Shown: piece after piece, positions 1-10,900 of the stretch
Position numbering within the stretch: the first letter of the stretch is position 1
Layout: the number at the start of each line of letters is the position of its first letter
From: Zygnema circumcarinatum SAG 698-1b
Lineage: Eukaryota; Plantae; Zygnematophyceae
DNA: 64,000 nt
Direction: 5' to 3'
Assembly (NCBI GenBank): GCA_037447605.1
Contig: CM074819.1
Location: 1,138,297-1,202,296, forward strand
The notes under the pieces: model-generated
The model's input: only the letters and a program-made list of their open reading frames with translations
Databases searched by the model: none
What the model was told of the DNA's origin: nothing
Made by a program: the position numbers and the translations under genes

Positions 1-870
1 CTAGAGTTTCCCAGGGTTTTAGGGTTTTAAAGGTTTTGCGTTTGCTATTGACAAACTGTTCGGAATTTGGGAAATATTTTTTTAGAAGTTACTGTAGCTT
101 ATTTCAGGCTGACGAGCGAATGCCATTCCTTCCCTGTCGACCTTCTCGTTCTATCCCTACAGCGAACCAATAATGTACAGACCAATACATTTCAGACGTA
201 ACGCATACATAACCAAGACAACATCTTGTCACGAGAATTGAACTCAGAAACAATTTTACTCAGGAAAGATGCAGAAGCAATATCTGTCAAGCAGGGGATC
301 AAATAGCTGCAGTATCAACAACCCTCAAGATTCATATCCGGTAGGCCCATTGCAAAACCCAGTGTGATTCAACACTGGTTAAATAGAGCGAGGGAGAAGA
401 GAGGAGAGCACAGAGAGAGAGCATCAGGGCATGCGCGTAGGAAATGAATGGCTTGAAACGCCATATACACTTACAATAGAGTTCCAATACAATTGAAGAT
501 CCTATTTCAAACATACGGTGCTGTTCCCAGTGAATCTGGCCGAGACTGGGGAAGGAACTCTGTACAAACGGCACTGCCTTCTGCCCTCCTGAGTGAACTG
601 CAGTCCTTAGGACCGACAAGAACCTAAAACCCAAAAACTAGAAAGGAGGCAAAAGGGACGCAGGGAAAGTGTTTCTGCGCTCCAAATAACAGAAAAGCTG
701 AGCGCGTTATCATAAAATAATGGGCGTTGACAAAAATCCTCCCGGTTCCGCTGCTCGGCGAAGAATCCTTCAATCATCAACCCTTGCAGCAAGTGTCTCC
801 CTTCTTCATCCTCCATAGGAGGCCACCGGAGAAGCATTCACTCACCAACAACCGTACCGCCACCTTTCCC

Positions 871-3800
871 TTACTTCTCTGAGGAGGAGGGAAGCTCAAT
901 TCCAGCTTCGGCATCATTCCTCCACCTTCGGTAGCTCACTCCCAGCTTATCATATCCCACAGGATGATTCCATACATTGGCTCCGCGATGCATGCGGTCC
1001 TGCTGCCCTAAAACCAGCCGCAGATCCTCTGCTAAAACCTGCCTCCAGAAACACCTTGCCTTAGTCAGTCTTCCTGACTACATGACATGTCATATCAACA
1101 TGCCAGATCATTAGTCAGACTTCCTGACTACATGACATGTCATATCAACATCCCATGTATCAGATCATTAGTCAGACTTCCTGACTACATGACAGACAAT
1201 ATCAACATGCCATGTGTCAGATCATGACATCATGACAAGTCATAGAGCTCATTGAATGAGAATTGGCGGGGGGAGGGGGAGGGGGAGGGGGACAGAGAGG
1301 GAGAGGGACAGGGAGAGAGAGTGAAAGGCTGATACATCAGGCAGTGGCATCACGCAAGCATCATGAGCAACACAGCATCATCCCTTCCCAGAACAAATGA
1401 TGGCTAAGATCGCATAACAAGCAGGGAGACTAAGTCCCCTCCTTCCTAAGCCAACTCCCCTCCTTCCCCTCCTTCCCACTCACCTCATTGGCTAAATGCT
1501 GCCACAAATGTTCGATGAAAGGCACAAACTTAGCCCAGCCAGCAAAGTCGAGTGCCATGCGATACAATAGGCGAGTCTTTCCCCGCGAAGAGGGCAGACA
1601 TGCATGCATTTGAAAGAGATGCTTTGAGCACTCCTGTGCACTTGTCCCCTCCAACTGCCCGGGCTTTGCCAGTCCAATGGTTGACAGGACCATGCATGGG
1701 GGTCTGAACTCCATATCGATCGGATATGGATCCCAGTGTCCATGGAGAGCAGCTGCAGCAGCCGTTTTGAAGCGGACCAAACTGCGTATAGAACAAAACA
1801 GAACGGAAAGGAACAAGCATAGACATGGATACAGAGTGTGAGAGTCAGCTAATGTTATGAACTGTTCAGAAAGAGTATGGTCAGGCAGCTTAGATTGATC
1901 TTGAAACGGTGAGTGAAGCTGGTTTTACCTTGGCACTACCCAGCCCTTTGCGAAAGTGCTGGTGTGAGTGAATGGAGCATGCGCTAAGTCCAACAGATTC
2001 TCCACTAGCAGGCCATGTTCTACCGGCAGTTCAAGGACAATCTGCAAAAGGATGAGAAGAAACAGAAAAGGGTCTATATTGGAAATTGAAATTGTGATTC
2101 CACTTCACTGAACAAAGAATAAATCATTGCAATCGATGTCTCAAACACAGAATGTGCTTGAGTTGAACACAAGTAAACTCTTGCATGCCAAAAGTATGAT
2201 GTACAAGGTGATCCCTGATCCGATATGCTGAACTCTGATATAGATCCACAGAATTATATGTGAGGCATTTCCATCAGATCGCACAGCCTTCTCTCCTAGG
2301 TCATCTTTTCATCTCCGCAGAGCCCCCTCACTCAATGAATCTTAAGAGCAGTATGTGTACCTCAGCATGTATGGTGAACCCCTTTGGAGGCGCGAGAGAA
2401 GGCATATGGGCAGGTGGGGTCGCCTCTCCAGGCCATATCCATACCATGCCTTCATGCTCCACACAAGGGAGAGACTGAACCCTAACCTCCATGGGCTTAG
2501 AGTTTGTGGATGGCATCTTCCCGCATTCACCGCCAGTGCCAAACTCCCATCCTGCAAAATTCAAAAAGTGTTCCAATTTGTTATGATTTTGAGGTCAAGG
2601 CAGAAACCTGCCGTTAATGTCTTATCGTAACTTATAGTCAATCAAATGAAACAGCAGTTGCTTTTGTAGAATTGAGCGATACAAGGACAGATGTGAGCGA
2701 GGAGAGAAGTTCGAGAAGAGAAAGGGAGAAAGAAGGAACGGGAGGAAGTGATGGGCAGAAGGAGAACGCAGAAGGAAAAACGAAATGCTGGACCAAGGAG
2801 AAAAGAGGGAGGATGGGGGAGAGGGACGAATGAACGAAACGATTGGATACAGAAAGAACGAAAGACGAGAAAGTAGGGAGGAGGAGGGGGGGGGGAAATG
2901 AGAGGCGAAGAGAGCCAGCAGGAGGAGAGGACTGGAAGGGGAGGGTCAAGGGAGGGAGGAGGGAGAGACGACAGGAGGGGAAAGAAATGAGTGAGTGCTC
3001 ACCATGATAGGGGCACTGTACTCGCCCTTCTACGACTGTTCCAAGGGATAGTGGACAGGCTCGATGTGCACACTCATCCCGGATGCATCCTGGCCGTCCA
3101 TCCTCGCCTCTGAAGAGCACCCATGGCTCCTCAAAGCAGTCGAATGGGATCTGAAAGTACCAAAGGACATACAGACGATCCGTCCAATATCAGCACTCCT
3201 GGCAAATCATCAAATAAAAAACAAAATCTTAAGCGCTGTCTGAAAGCTGGCTTACCAAAGTCGAAGAATCCATACTCGATGAAAAAGCGATAGGATACCA
3301 GTAATTTTTCAGACACCCTGGATATGGCCCGACTGGTCCAGAAACATTCAGCCGCCTGCTTCGGCTGCTGCTTCTGGATTTTACTAACTCCTCCTGCTGC
3401 ACTGCGGCAACTGCTGGCATGGCAGTGACAGCTGTTTCCTCCTTATTGGCTCCGGATGGCAAACTACCAACAGCAGACTCGAGTTCTTGAAGCCTTCGAA
3501 GAGTGTGCTCCACTCTGGCTTCTGACAAGTGAACCTGCAAGTACGAAGGACAGCATTTAGACGAAATGGACACAAGGATGGCAGGGCTTACAGATGTCCA
3601 GGCCGTGAGCCAAACATTGAGACATGGCTGAGGATGTTGAAGTCTAGAATTTTGCTATTTGCAGATGTTTGGACGATGTGCTACTAAAAATGCTTGTCTT
3701 CCCCCTGGGATCCATTCTCCATCACGGAGACTCGCCGGCCATTATTTCGAAAACAGCAGGAAAAAGCAAGAAACTGGCTGCCTAGATTGCCAGATTCAAC

Positions 3801-4151
3801 CAGCCTTATACGAAAGATCTACAGAGAATAGGCTCCTGATATGAATAAGCTCGTAGAGCCTTGATCTTCATAGAGCGCTATCCTACCAGCAACAACCCTG
3901 AACCGCACAGAGGGTAACTCCCTGCTTCAGCAACTCACAGAAGGTATGAATAACAAGTACTAGTGAAGAGTTCAACGATAGTTCCTACCTGCGCATGCGC
4001 CCGAGAAAGATCATCCTGGAGGTCTTGAAGTTGTGCCCGCAGCGTTGTGGCTGATTTTTGCTCTCTCACAGTAGGATTCAGAACCTCAACAACCTGCCCG
4101 GGCCGCAAGGAGGGGGAAGGGGGGGTGGGGGAGAGAGGGCAGGGGCGGGGA

Positions 4152-4210
<59 letters not shown>

Positions 4211-4866
4211 GAGAGAGGCAGAGAAAGGAAAGCTGATACCTCAACTTTGCCGCTTGCATATTCTCGGCCAAATATCATGCAGCTTCGCATGAAGCTATAT
4301 CCGAAAATATCCGAAAAATGTGATTGTTCGCTGAAGAAAGCGGATTGTTTTCTCACCTTATCATGTGCGCTTTTTATTGCGAGGACGTCCTGCCGAGCTC
4401 TGTAATCCAAGTAGAGAACATCGTTCCGAAGTACTTCCCAAGCTTGATTCACATCCCACTGAGTTGGACGCAGCTGCAGCCCTTCCGACCAGGGATTTGC
4501 AACATCAAAAATGCTCTGCCCTCCGCCCTGCACCCTGGAGCTGTCTCTGCTGCTGCCCGCCGCTGCGCACTGACATTGCAACCTTTGCCCCTCCCTTGGA
4601 ACCCTCTTCTGACTACGCTGATGATGATGCCGCGCCTCCAATATCCAGCGATGAAGCCGTCCAAGCCCTGGAGCATCCCCTGAAACGCCTACAAAACTAC
4701 ATCCGGCATTGAACCGCGCGCTAACTAAAGGCTTTACAAAACAGGGCCCTCCATTCCTGACTGAACTGTCGCTTAGGGTTGGAACGTTGAAAGCCAAGCT
4801 CGTGGCGCTCATCGACGCCGCGGTTCTCTGCGAACTCGTGTAACACACCGCCGCCATCTCTGCCAT
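871..4866 (-). CDS. CAO: Chlorophyllide a oxygenase (Rieske mononuclear-iron oxygenase), 8 coding exons
   Basis: Exons 4866-4357, 4093-3989, 3534-3256, 3150-3003, 2551-2361, 2041-1929, 1781-1484 and 1038-871 all have GT-AG borders and join in frame. Motifs: A-domain [20 protein letters not shown], Rieske [17 protein letters not shown], iron-binding [14 protein letters not shown]-terminal [30 protein letters not shown]; transit-peptide-like N-terminus. Confidence 0.96.
1061..1232. repeat. Three tandem 50-57 bp units in the last CAO intron
   Basis: TTAGTCAG(A/T)CTTCCTGACTACATGACATGTCATATCAACAT starts at 1061, 1111 and 1168 (third copy slightly diverged). Confidence 0.85.
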
Positions 4867-5039
4867 TCAAGCTTTTCGATGCCGTCCCTCCCTCCCTCCC
4901 TCCTTCCTTTCCTCAACCCCTACCTGCAATGCCTGCCTGGTCAGCCATGCCCGCTGCAAACCCTAATTCCTGCAACCCTAATTCCTGAACCACCACCCCT
5001 GCTGCCCTTCCCCTCCCTTGCCAAGTCTTTCTACGCCCT

Positions 5040-5765
5040 CTGCCTGCCACGTGTCCCTCCCGGGCATGTGTCCATGTGCCATGGCGCCCATGCGGCATGC
5101 GGCCATGCCCGGCATGCCATGCGCCCGCCCGCCAGCGCGGCCGCGCTATGGATACGCCCGGGCGACGTGGCGGTCCGTCAGGCGCCCTCGGCGGCCTCTG
5201 ATTGGCCGCGCGAGAGCGCTCTGCGCGCCGATTGGCCGACTGAATACGCACCGATTGCGATGAGGCCAGCGAGGGCTGACATGGCAAGGGGAGGGCTGCC
5301 ATGTAGGCTCTGGAAGGGAGGTTGGCGAGTGGGAGGGAGGCACGTGTCCGCTTGTGGAGGCTTGGAGAAGATTTTCTAAAATCAAGGCTGCGGCTCGAGA
5401 CGGCCGGCGGATCGGGGGAGGATCTGGCGGCGGGCGGGCGGGGGGCCAAGGGATGTGATATTCTCACGGGAGGGCGGAATATGAAAGCCACGTAGGCTTG
5501 ACACGCTGGAGGACAGCCCGATTGAGGTGCCACGTGGATGCGGGCGGCGCTGGGCTTGGGCGGGCTGGTCACAGTTAGTCACGGGAGGTTGTTTGGGTTG
5601 AAGTGGTCGAGGTGGATCCGGAAAGTGGATCGAGAGCTCTCAGGGTGACATGTGTCAGACCGGACGGTAGGGTTAAATCTGGATATTACGAGGGTGGTTT
5701 GCAACCAGAAATTGGTTTCTCCAAAGAAACTAAATATCTAGGAAAGGAAAAAAAAAATATCTAGG
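5040..5765 (-). promoter_or_regulatory. CAO upstream region with G-boxes, CCAAT boxes and an evening element
   Basis: GCCACGTGTC 5046, CACGTGTC 5341, GCCACGTGG 5529; ATTGG (CCAAT on the sense strand) at 5201 and 5231; AAAATATCT at 5754-5762 and AAATATCT at 5732. These are motif matches only. Confidence 0.5.
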
Positions 5766-6337
5766 TCGGACGGTCGGCCCCGTAGAGTGCTGGACTGCTG
5801 GGAGAAATAATCCAGAAGGTGGGTATACCGATACTGAACGATATATATTATCGAGACCTTTTGGCCGATACCAATACAACAGAGAGGGTTTACGATTGAG
5901 TTCAGAAAAAGGACTTTGCAAAAAGCGAATGTATTATTGTGGCTGGATAGTAACATATTCAATCTATCTTCACATGACTTGCAAGCGCCCACCACGTGGC
6001 CATCTCTTATTGGCCACCGACAGAGGTTCGTCTAACGTCGGTAGCGGTCACCGCCGGTTTGGTTGACGCCACGTTGGCGTGCCCGGTTTCCATGGGACAC
6101 GAACCACCCGTTCCGTAGTTCTTGACTTTATCAAGTTTAACATGCGAAGACGGAGGCTTAAAGGCTTGCACAGTTCGGACCAGTGGATCGGCAACCATTG
6201 GACAACTATTGGATGGCAATGGTTGGACGTCTACTGGTTGGCAACCAGTCGACTGGTTGCCAACCAGTGGCATCAGTCGAATGGTTGTTTCGATCCGGCG
6301 GCACTGGTTGGCAACCAGTCGAATGGTTATATCCATT

Positions 6338-7004
6338 GGAAAATTCTATTCTCACACCTTTTTTGTCTACACACAGACCTTTTTTCGCTGGGCAGATTTT
6401 ACAATAGTAAAAAAAGGATTAACAGCAGAAAATGCTCCTTTCACACTTTTTTTGGAATCGGCACACACCCGTTTCCCGTCGGGCAGAATTTTTTTACAAT
6501 CCGCTCGGAGCGGAAGATCCGTCCGCCACGAGATCGGTCGCGGGTGTGCGTCCTTCACACTTGCAGTTAATCTCAGCCGTCGATTATCTCACAGATCGTA
6601 CCACGGCAGATCACCGTTCGATCTGCCACTGGGCTCGGTTCCAGCGAATGGAACGCGCCCACGTGTCACACACGAGCCGGCTCAAAGGTCGGCGGCGCGT
6701 GCCATTCGCTGAGACCGATCCCGGCTGCAGATCGAACGGTGACCTGCCGTGGTGCGATCTACGAATGAATCGACGGCTGATATTAATCACACGTGTGAAG
6801 GACGCACAGCCGCGACCGATCTCGTGGCGCGCTTCGAGCGGATTTTAAAAAGACTCTGCCCGACGGAAAACGGGTGTGTGTCGATTCCAAAAAAAGTGTG
6901 AAAAGAGCATTTTCTGTTGTTAATCCTTTTTTTACTATTTTAAGATCTGCCAGGCGAAAAAAGGTCTGTGTGTAGACAAAAAGGGTGTGAGAATAGAATT
7001 TTCC
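6338..7004. mobile_element. 667-bp foldback/Mutator-like MITE with ~320-bp TIRs
   Basis: GGAAAATTCTATTCTCACACC...GGTGTGAGAATAGAATTTTCC. Arms 6338-6659 and 6694-7004 are imperfect reverse complements. Perfect 8-bp TSD TATCCATT at 6330-6337 and 7005-7012. The empty site GGTTATATCCATTAAATCAAATG is present in the paralogous host at ~54688-54710. Confidence 0.92.
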
Positions 7005-7049
7005 TATCCATTAAATCAAATGGTTGGCAACCATTAAATCACTAGTTGT

Positions 7050-7189
7050 AGCGAACTGAACGCTACAGTTACCAAAATGCCGTCGGCGTTTCGGAGAAAA
7101 CAATTACGGTTCGGCCGTACGGAATCTCCGTACAACCGTACGACTCGGCTGTACGGATTCGTACGCATCTGTACGCATCGGGCTTGTTA
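7050..7189. mobile_element. 140-bp insertion flanked by a 10-bp direct repeat, rich in CGTAC/GTACG
   Basis: CACTAGTTGT at 7040-7049 and 7190-7199. The paralogous host at ~54724-54745 reads AAATCACTAGTTGTCAACG with no insert. Confidence 0.75.
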
Positions 7190-7902
7190 CACTAGTTGTC
7201 AACGGTTGGCAACCCACCAAAAAACACATACGACCCATTTTTGCAAAAAGGCATAATTTCAGAAATTCAATGGTTGCCAACCATTGGATCACTGGTTCCG
7301 AACCAGTCGAATGGTTGTTTCAGTCCTGCGCCACTGGTTCGCAACCAGTCGAATGGTTGTTTCGATCTGGCGGCACTGGTTGGCAACCAGTCGAATGGTT
7401 GTTTCGATCCGGCGGCACTGGTTGGCAACCAGTCGAATGGTTGCCAACCAGTGGCATCCACTGGTTCCAAACCAGTCGAATGGTTGTTTCGGTCCGCAAC
7501 CACTGGTTGCCAACCAGTCGACTGGTTTGTCTAATGGTCCGATCTGTGGAAGGCTTTGTAGCCGTTGGTATGACTTAATCACGATCAACTTGACATTAGG
7601 AGGGCAATCTCATAAATGTGACTTTGCCTGAAAGTCACAAATCGATGGCGGCACCATACTGTACGGACGGTCTGTCGGGCCTCGCAAGTTGCAAGAGTTA
7701 TTGCTCAAGGCTCGCACGTGGCTCGAAAAAAGAACCGGTACCGATCCAGTGAACTCTTTCAGGCGATTTTCAAAGTAAAAAATTACCTATTCTATACTGT
7801 ACCTGCGCGCGGCAATGTCTGGTTTTGAAAAAACGTTTGCTTCCAAACGTGAATCAGTACCGAAGCCTCGTGAATGGAATGCGATTCTGGTTCCGCTAAT
7901 TT

Positions 7903-10900
7903 ATGCAGAGTACCAGTTCTGCGCTGAATGAAGCCCTGCAGTCTGCAGGGCCTCTTGGTCCCTGTGCCTGCAGACTGCAGAAGCAAGGATTTCAAGGGGG
8001 GCTTTGCAGCAGCATGCCTGCAGGGGAGGCTGCGAATCTATGCACTTATGTGAAGCTCATAAAGGTCGCTGTCTTTATTGCAATTCTATTGTTGTTGCAA
8101 TTGGATAGCTGTCGGTGTCGGAATAGTTTTGGAAGGAGAAGATACGAGAGAGAAGCAGAGGATGTGGGCGGTCTGGAGGATGGCGGGGAGCAGGAGGGGA
8201 GCAGGGAGGTGAGGGAGGTTAAAGCTCCATTTGGCTTGGAGGAGGGGAGGGATGCTGAAGCTGATGAGCATGGCGTTAGTAGAGGATTGGAGGGGACGCA
8301 GCAGGAGGAGGAGGAGGAGGAGGAGGGTCCGGGGAGGGAGGAGCGTCAAGGAGCAGACGAGGAACTTGCAGCAGGACATGTAGTAGACAGCGGGTCGGAT
8401 GTAGATGGAAATTTTAAGCATAGCTTTAGGTTTGAAGAGGACCAACATTCTGATGTCATGGACTCGAAAAAAGCGCGCTCATCTGACTCTTTTCCTTCGT
8501 TTCAAACCAAACACAGCACGGCTCAACATGAAGTTCCAGGTAGTGAAGCTCAATATAAAGCTCCTGCTCGTGAGGCTCAATACAAAGTTCGGGCTAGTGA
8601 TTACTCAAGGTCAGAGGAGGAAGCATACAGCGAGGACAATGAAGCACGTCATAATATAGGAGCAGAGGCCCTGCGCCTCTTCGGTAATACTCTCAGTAAC
8701 TTCACCAAAGGAGCAACTTTCACTAGTTTGCGTGAGCAGGACAATGGTGACCGTCTTCAGGACTCGTTAGATGAGGATTCAGTTCCAGAAGGGCTTGCAT
8801 TACATAAGCCGTTGGAAACTGAAATTCGTCCCTTGGAAAGGAAGGATTCTCAAATTTTTGAGATCCCTGAAATGGATGATTCTGACAACCGCACAATAAA
8901 CAGAGCTTTGCCGAAGGATTTGAGGAAGACCTGCAGCTGCATAGCTGTCGGGAATGAACTAGCAGAGATCTCAAACCCTAAACCTTGTCTCGGTTTCGCC
9001 GACGAGTCCTTACTTTTGCTCGCTGAAGATATCTATCAGGTGGGGCATCTACGAACTGTGGACTTGCAAAGAATAATTTTGTTATGCTGACTTGTAGTTA
9101 TTCATTCACTTCGTATTCAGTTACTTTAATGTGTAAGCCATGCAATTGTAAATAATGGAAACTACTAGTTTGTCTTCGACACATTTAGGGCTTTCTCCCT
9201 CATTTCATTAATGCATTTGAACATTAACACCTTTGAGCGTTCATACATTTGAACGTTAATACATTCGAACATTAATACATTTAAAACAACTTATACAGAC
9301 TGCTAATGTGAAGATAGTCCTCTCTCAAGGTAATCTGTGTAATGCCTGTCAAAAATTGTACCTTATTTCTAATTAGTGGGGGGATGGAAAGAGCGAAGGA
9401 AGGAAGGAAATGAAGGAAGTACCGAGGTAGACAGAGAAGACAAAGAGATAGGGGAGAAAATTGAGTGATTATGGAGAGAAAGGCTTGACAAGGAGTAGTA
9501 AATACGAATGGCTGGTGCGGATGGGGGACTAAGAAAGATATGGAGGACCCGGTGACTTTCCCTCCATTGAAAACTTTGGTTGCTCGGAAGTAGGTCATAT
9601 TCGCATCAGTAAATTGCATTCAACTTATTCAAAGCGGCAGTTTTGATGGCTTTTTGAGTTTTTGAGTGTTGAATCATTGTTGTCGTCATGTCAGCATTCC
9701 TTCAGCTCCTTAACCTTACTGTTTTTCGCATTCTGTGCAACCCACATGTATGTAGCGACTTCGACTACCTCAGTCGAATCAGCACCAGTTGTAACTAATG
9801 ATGCATACCAAGGATGAACAGATGGTGCTCCGTAGGCTCATCTTTTTCTTGTACAGTCATGTACTGGATTTTTTTGTGACAGAATACTTCCTTTGTGAAT
9901 AAATAATTTGCGGGTCGAACCATGTAAAGGTATTGCAGCATTTTCTGATTCTCTGGGTCTACCTGCCTGCAAGAAACCTTTCAAACTAAACTTGCTGTAC
10001 TGAGACACTGAGTGTATGGGAATTGGCTACATGTGGCTGGAATAACCCACTTCCCGGAAATTAACACTAGCTGGGAAGTCTAGCCGGTACAGTAGTACCT
10101 GATCATTGTGTACTTATGATTTTGCCAATGTCATCATGCAGCTTGCTTTGCTGCCCATCTTAACTGCCAAGAAACCCTTGCGTCATCGCTCCACTGTTTT
10201 AGTTGCAACTGGACACGTTCTAGTTTTTGCACGAAAGCTTTGTCATTCTCTCCCGTTATAGCATTGATTTTGTTCTTGTTACCCTCAGCGGCGTTTGTGA
10301 TCCTGACCTCATCGGATCCAGCTGCTTTAAGATTCCCCCTCCTGAATTGAATTTTGACTGATTTAAAATAATCTTCTCCTTCTCTGACGGAAATCCTTAA
10401 GTTGACCCCGCATATTACTCCTTGCTGTACTTCTAGATCTGGTTTGAGTGACCTGTATCCATTGAAGAAATCAGTTCTTTTTAACTGCCTTGTGCCGTTA
10501 TTGCAGGCTAATCTCAGGAAACGAAAGGCAATGCTCCCAGGAATTAGCAGTTGGCCTCTGACGACAGAATCATCTGAAATGTTGGAAGGAAAATACATGG
10601 ATTACTATGGCAGCGTTCTGTATCCATGTTATGGCGAGGAGCGACTCGGTGAATGGGGAGAGGGTGGTAAGGTATATGTCATCTTGGTTTCCGCTTCCCG
10701 CTATTCAGCTCTCTCTCCCTCGCCCTCTCTCTCTCCCCCTCCTCCCTCCTCTTCCCCCCCTCTCTTGCATCTCTCTGTGTCTCTCTCATTTCTCTTCTTG
10801 CGCAAAAAGAATGAAAGAATGGAACAAATACGTCTGACAGGGAACCGGGGCTTGGGGCGGAACAAATGGTAGTGGATATGCCGACCAGAAATGCTTGACG

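Larger units (their letters stand above)
6169..7548. mobile_element. Non-autonomous TIR DNA element with 42-bp palindromic internal repeats (copy 1), carrying two nested insertions
   Basis: Left end CACAGTTCGGACCA (6169) and right end TGGTCCGATCTGTG (7548) form a 13/14 inverted match. Flanks aaaggcttg / gaaggcttt match at 7/9 positions (imperfect TSD). Internal unit CACTGGTTGGCAACCAGTCGAATGGTTGTTTCGATCCGGCGG. Same family at 54601-55835. Confidence 0.8.

Noticed and set aside
332-837. Minus-strand ORFs downstream of CAO
   Set aside because: No recognisable domain; probably 3' UTR, possibly with a UTR intron (GTGAGT donor near 845).
4879-5582. Several GC-rich ORFs upstream of CAO
   Set aside because: Open on both strands because of high GC and low complexity; promoter region.
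6169-6182. CACAGT terminus resembling the RSS heptamer / Transib-ProtoRAG ends
   Set aside because: No 5-bp TSD, no nonamer or transposase, and the right end is CACAGA; coincidence is likely.
6007-6848. ORFs of 109-196 aa across the MITE
   Set aside because: They cross TE junctions and lie in a palindrome; no transposase motifs.
7196-7631. Overlapping ORFs in nearly all frames (also 55292-55987)
   Set aside because: They arise from the stop-poor 42-bp repeat unit; no domain signature.
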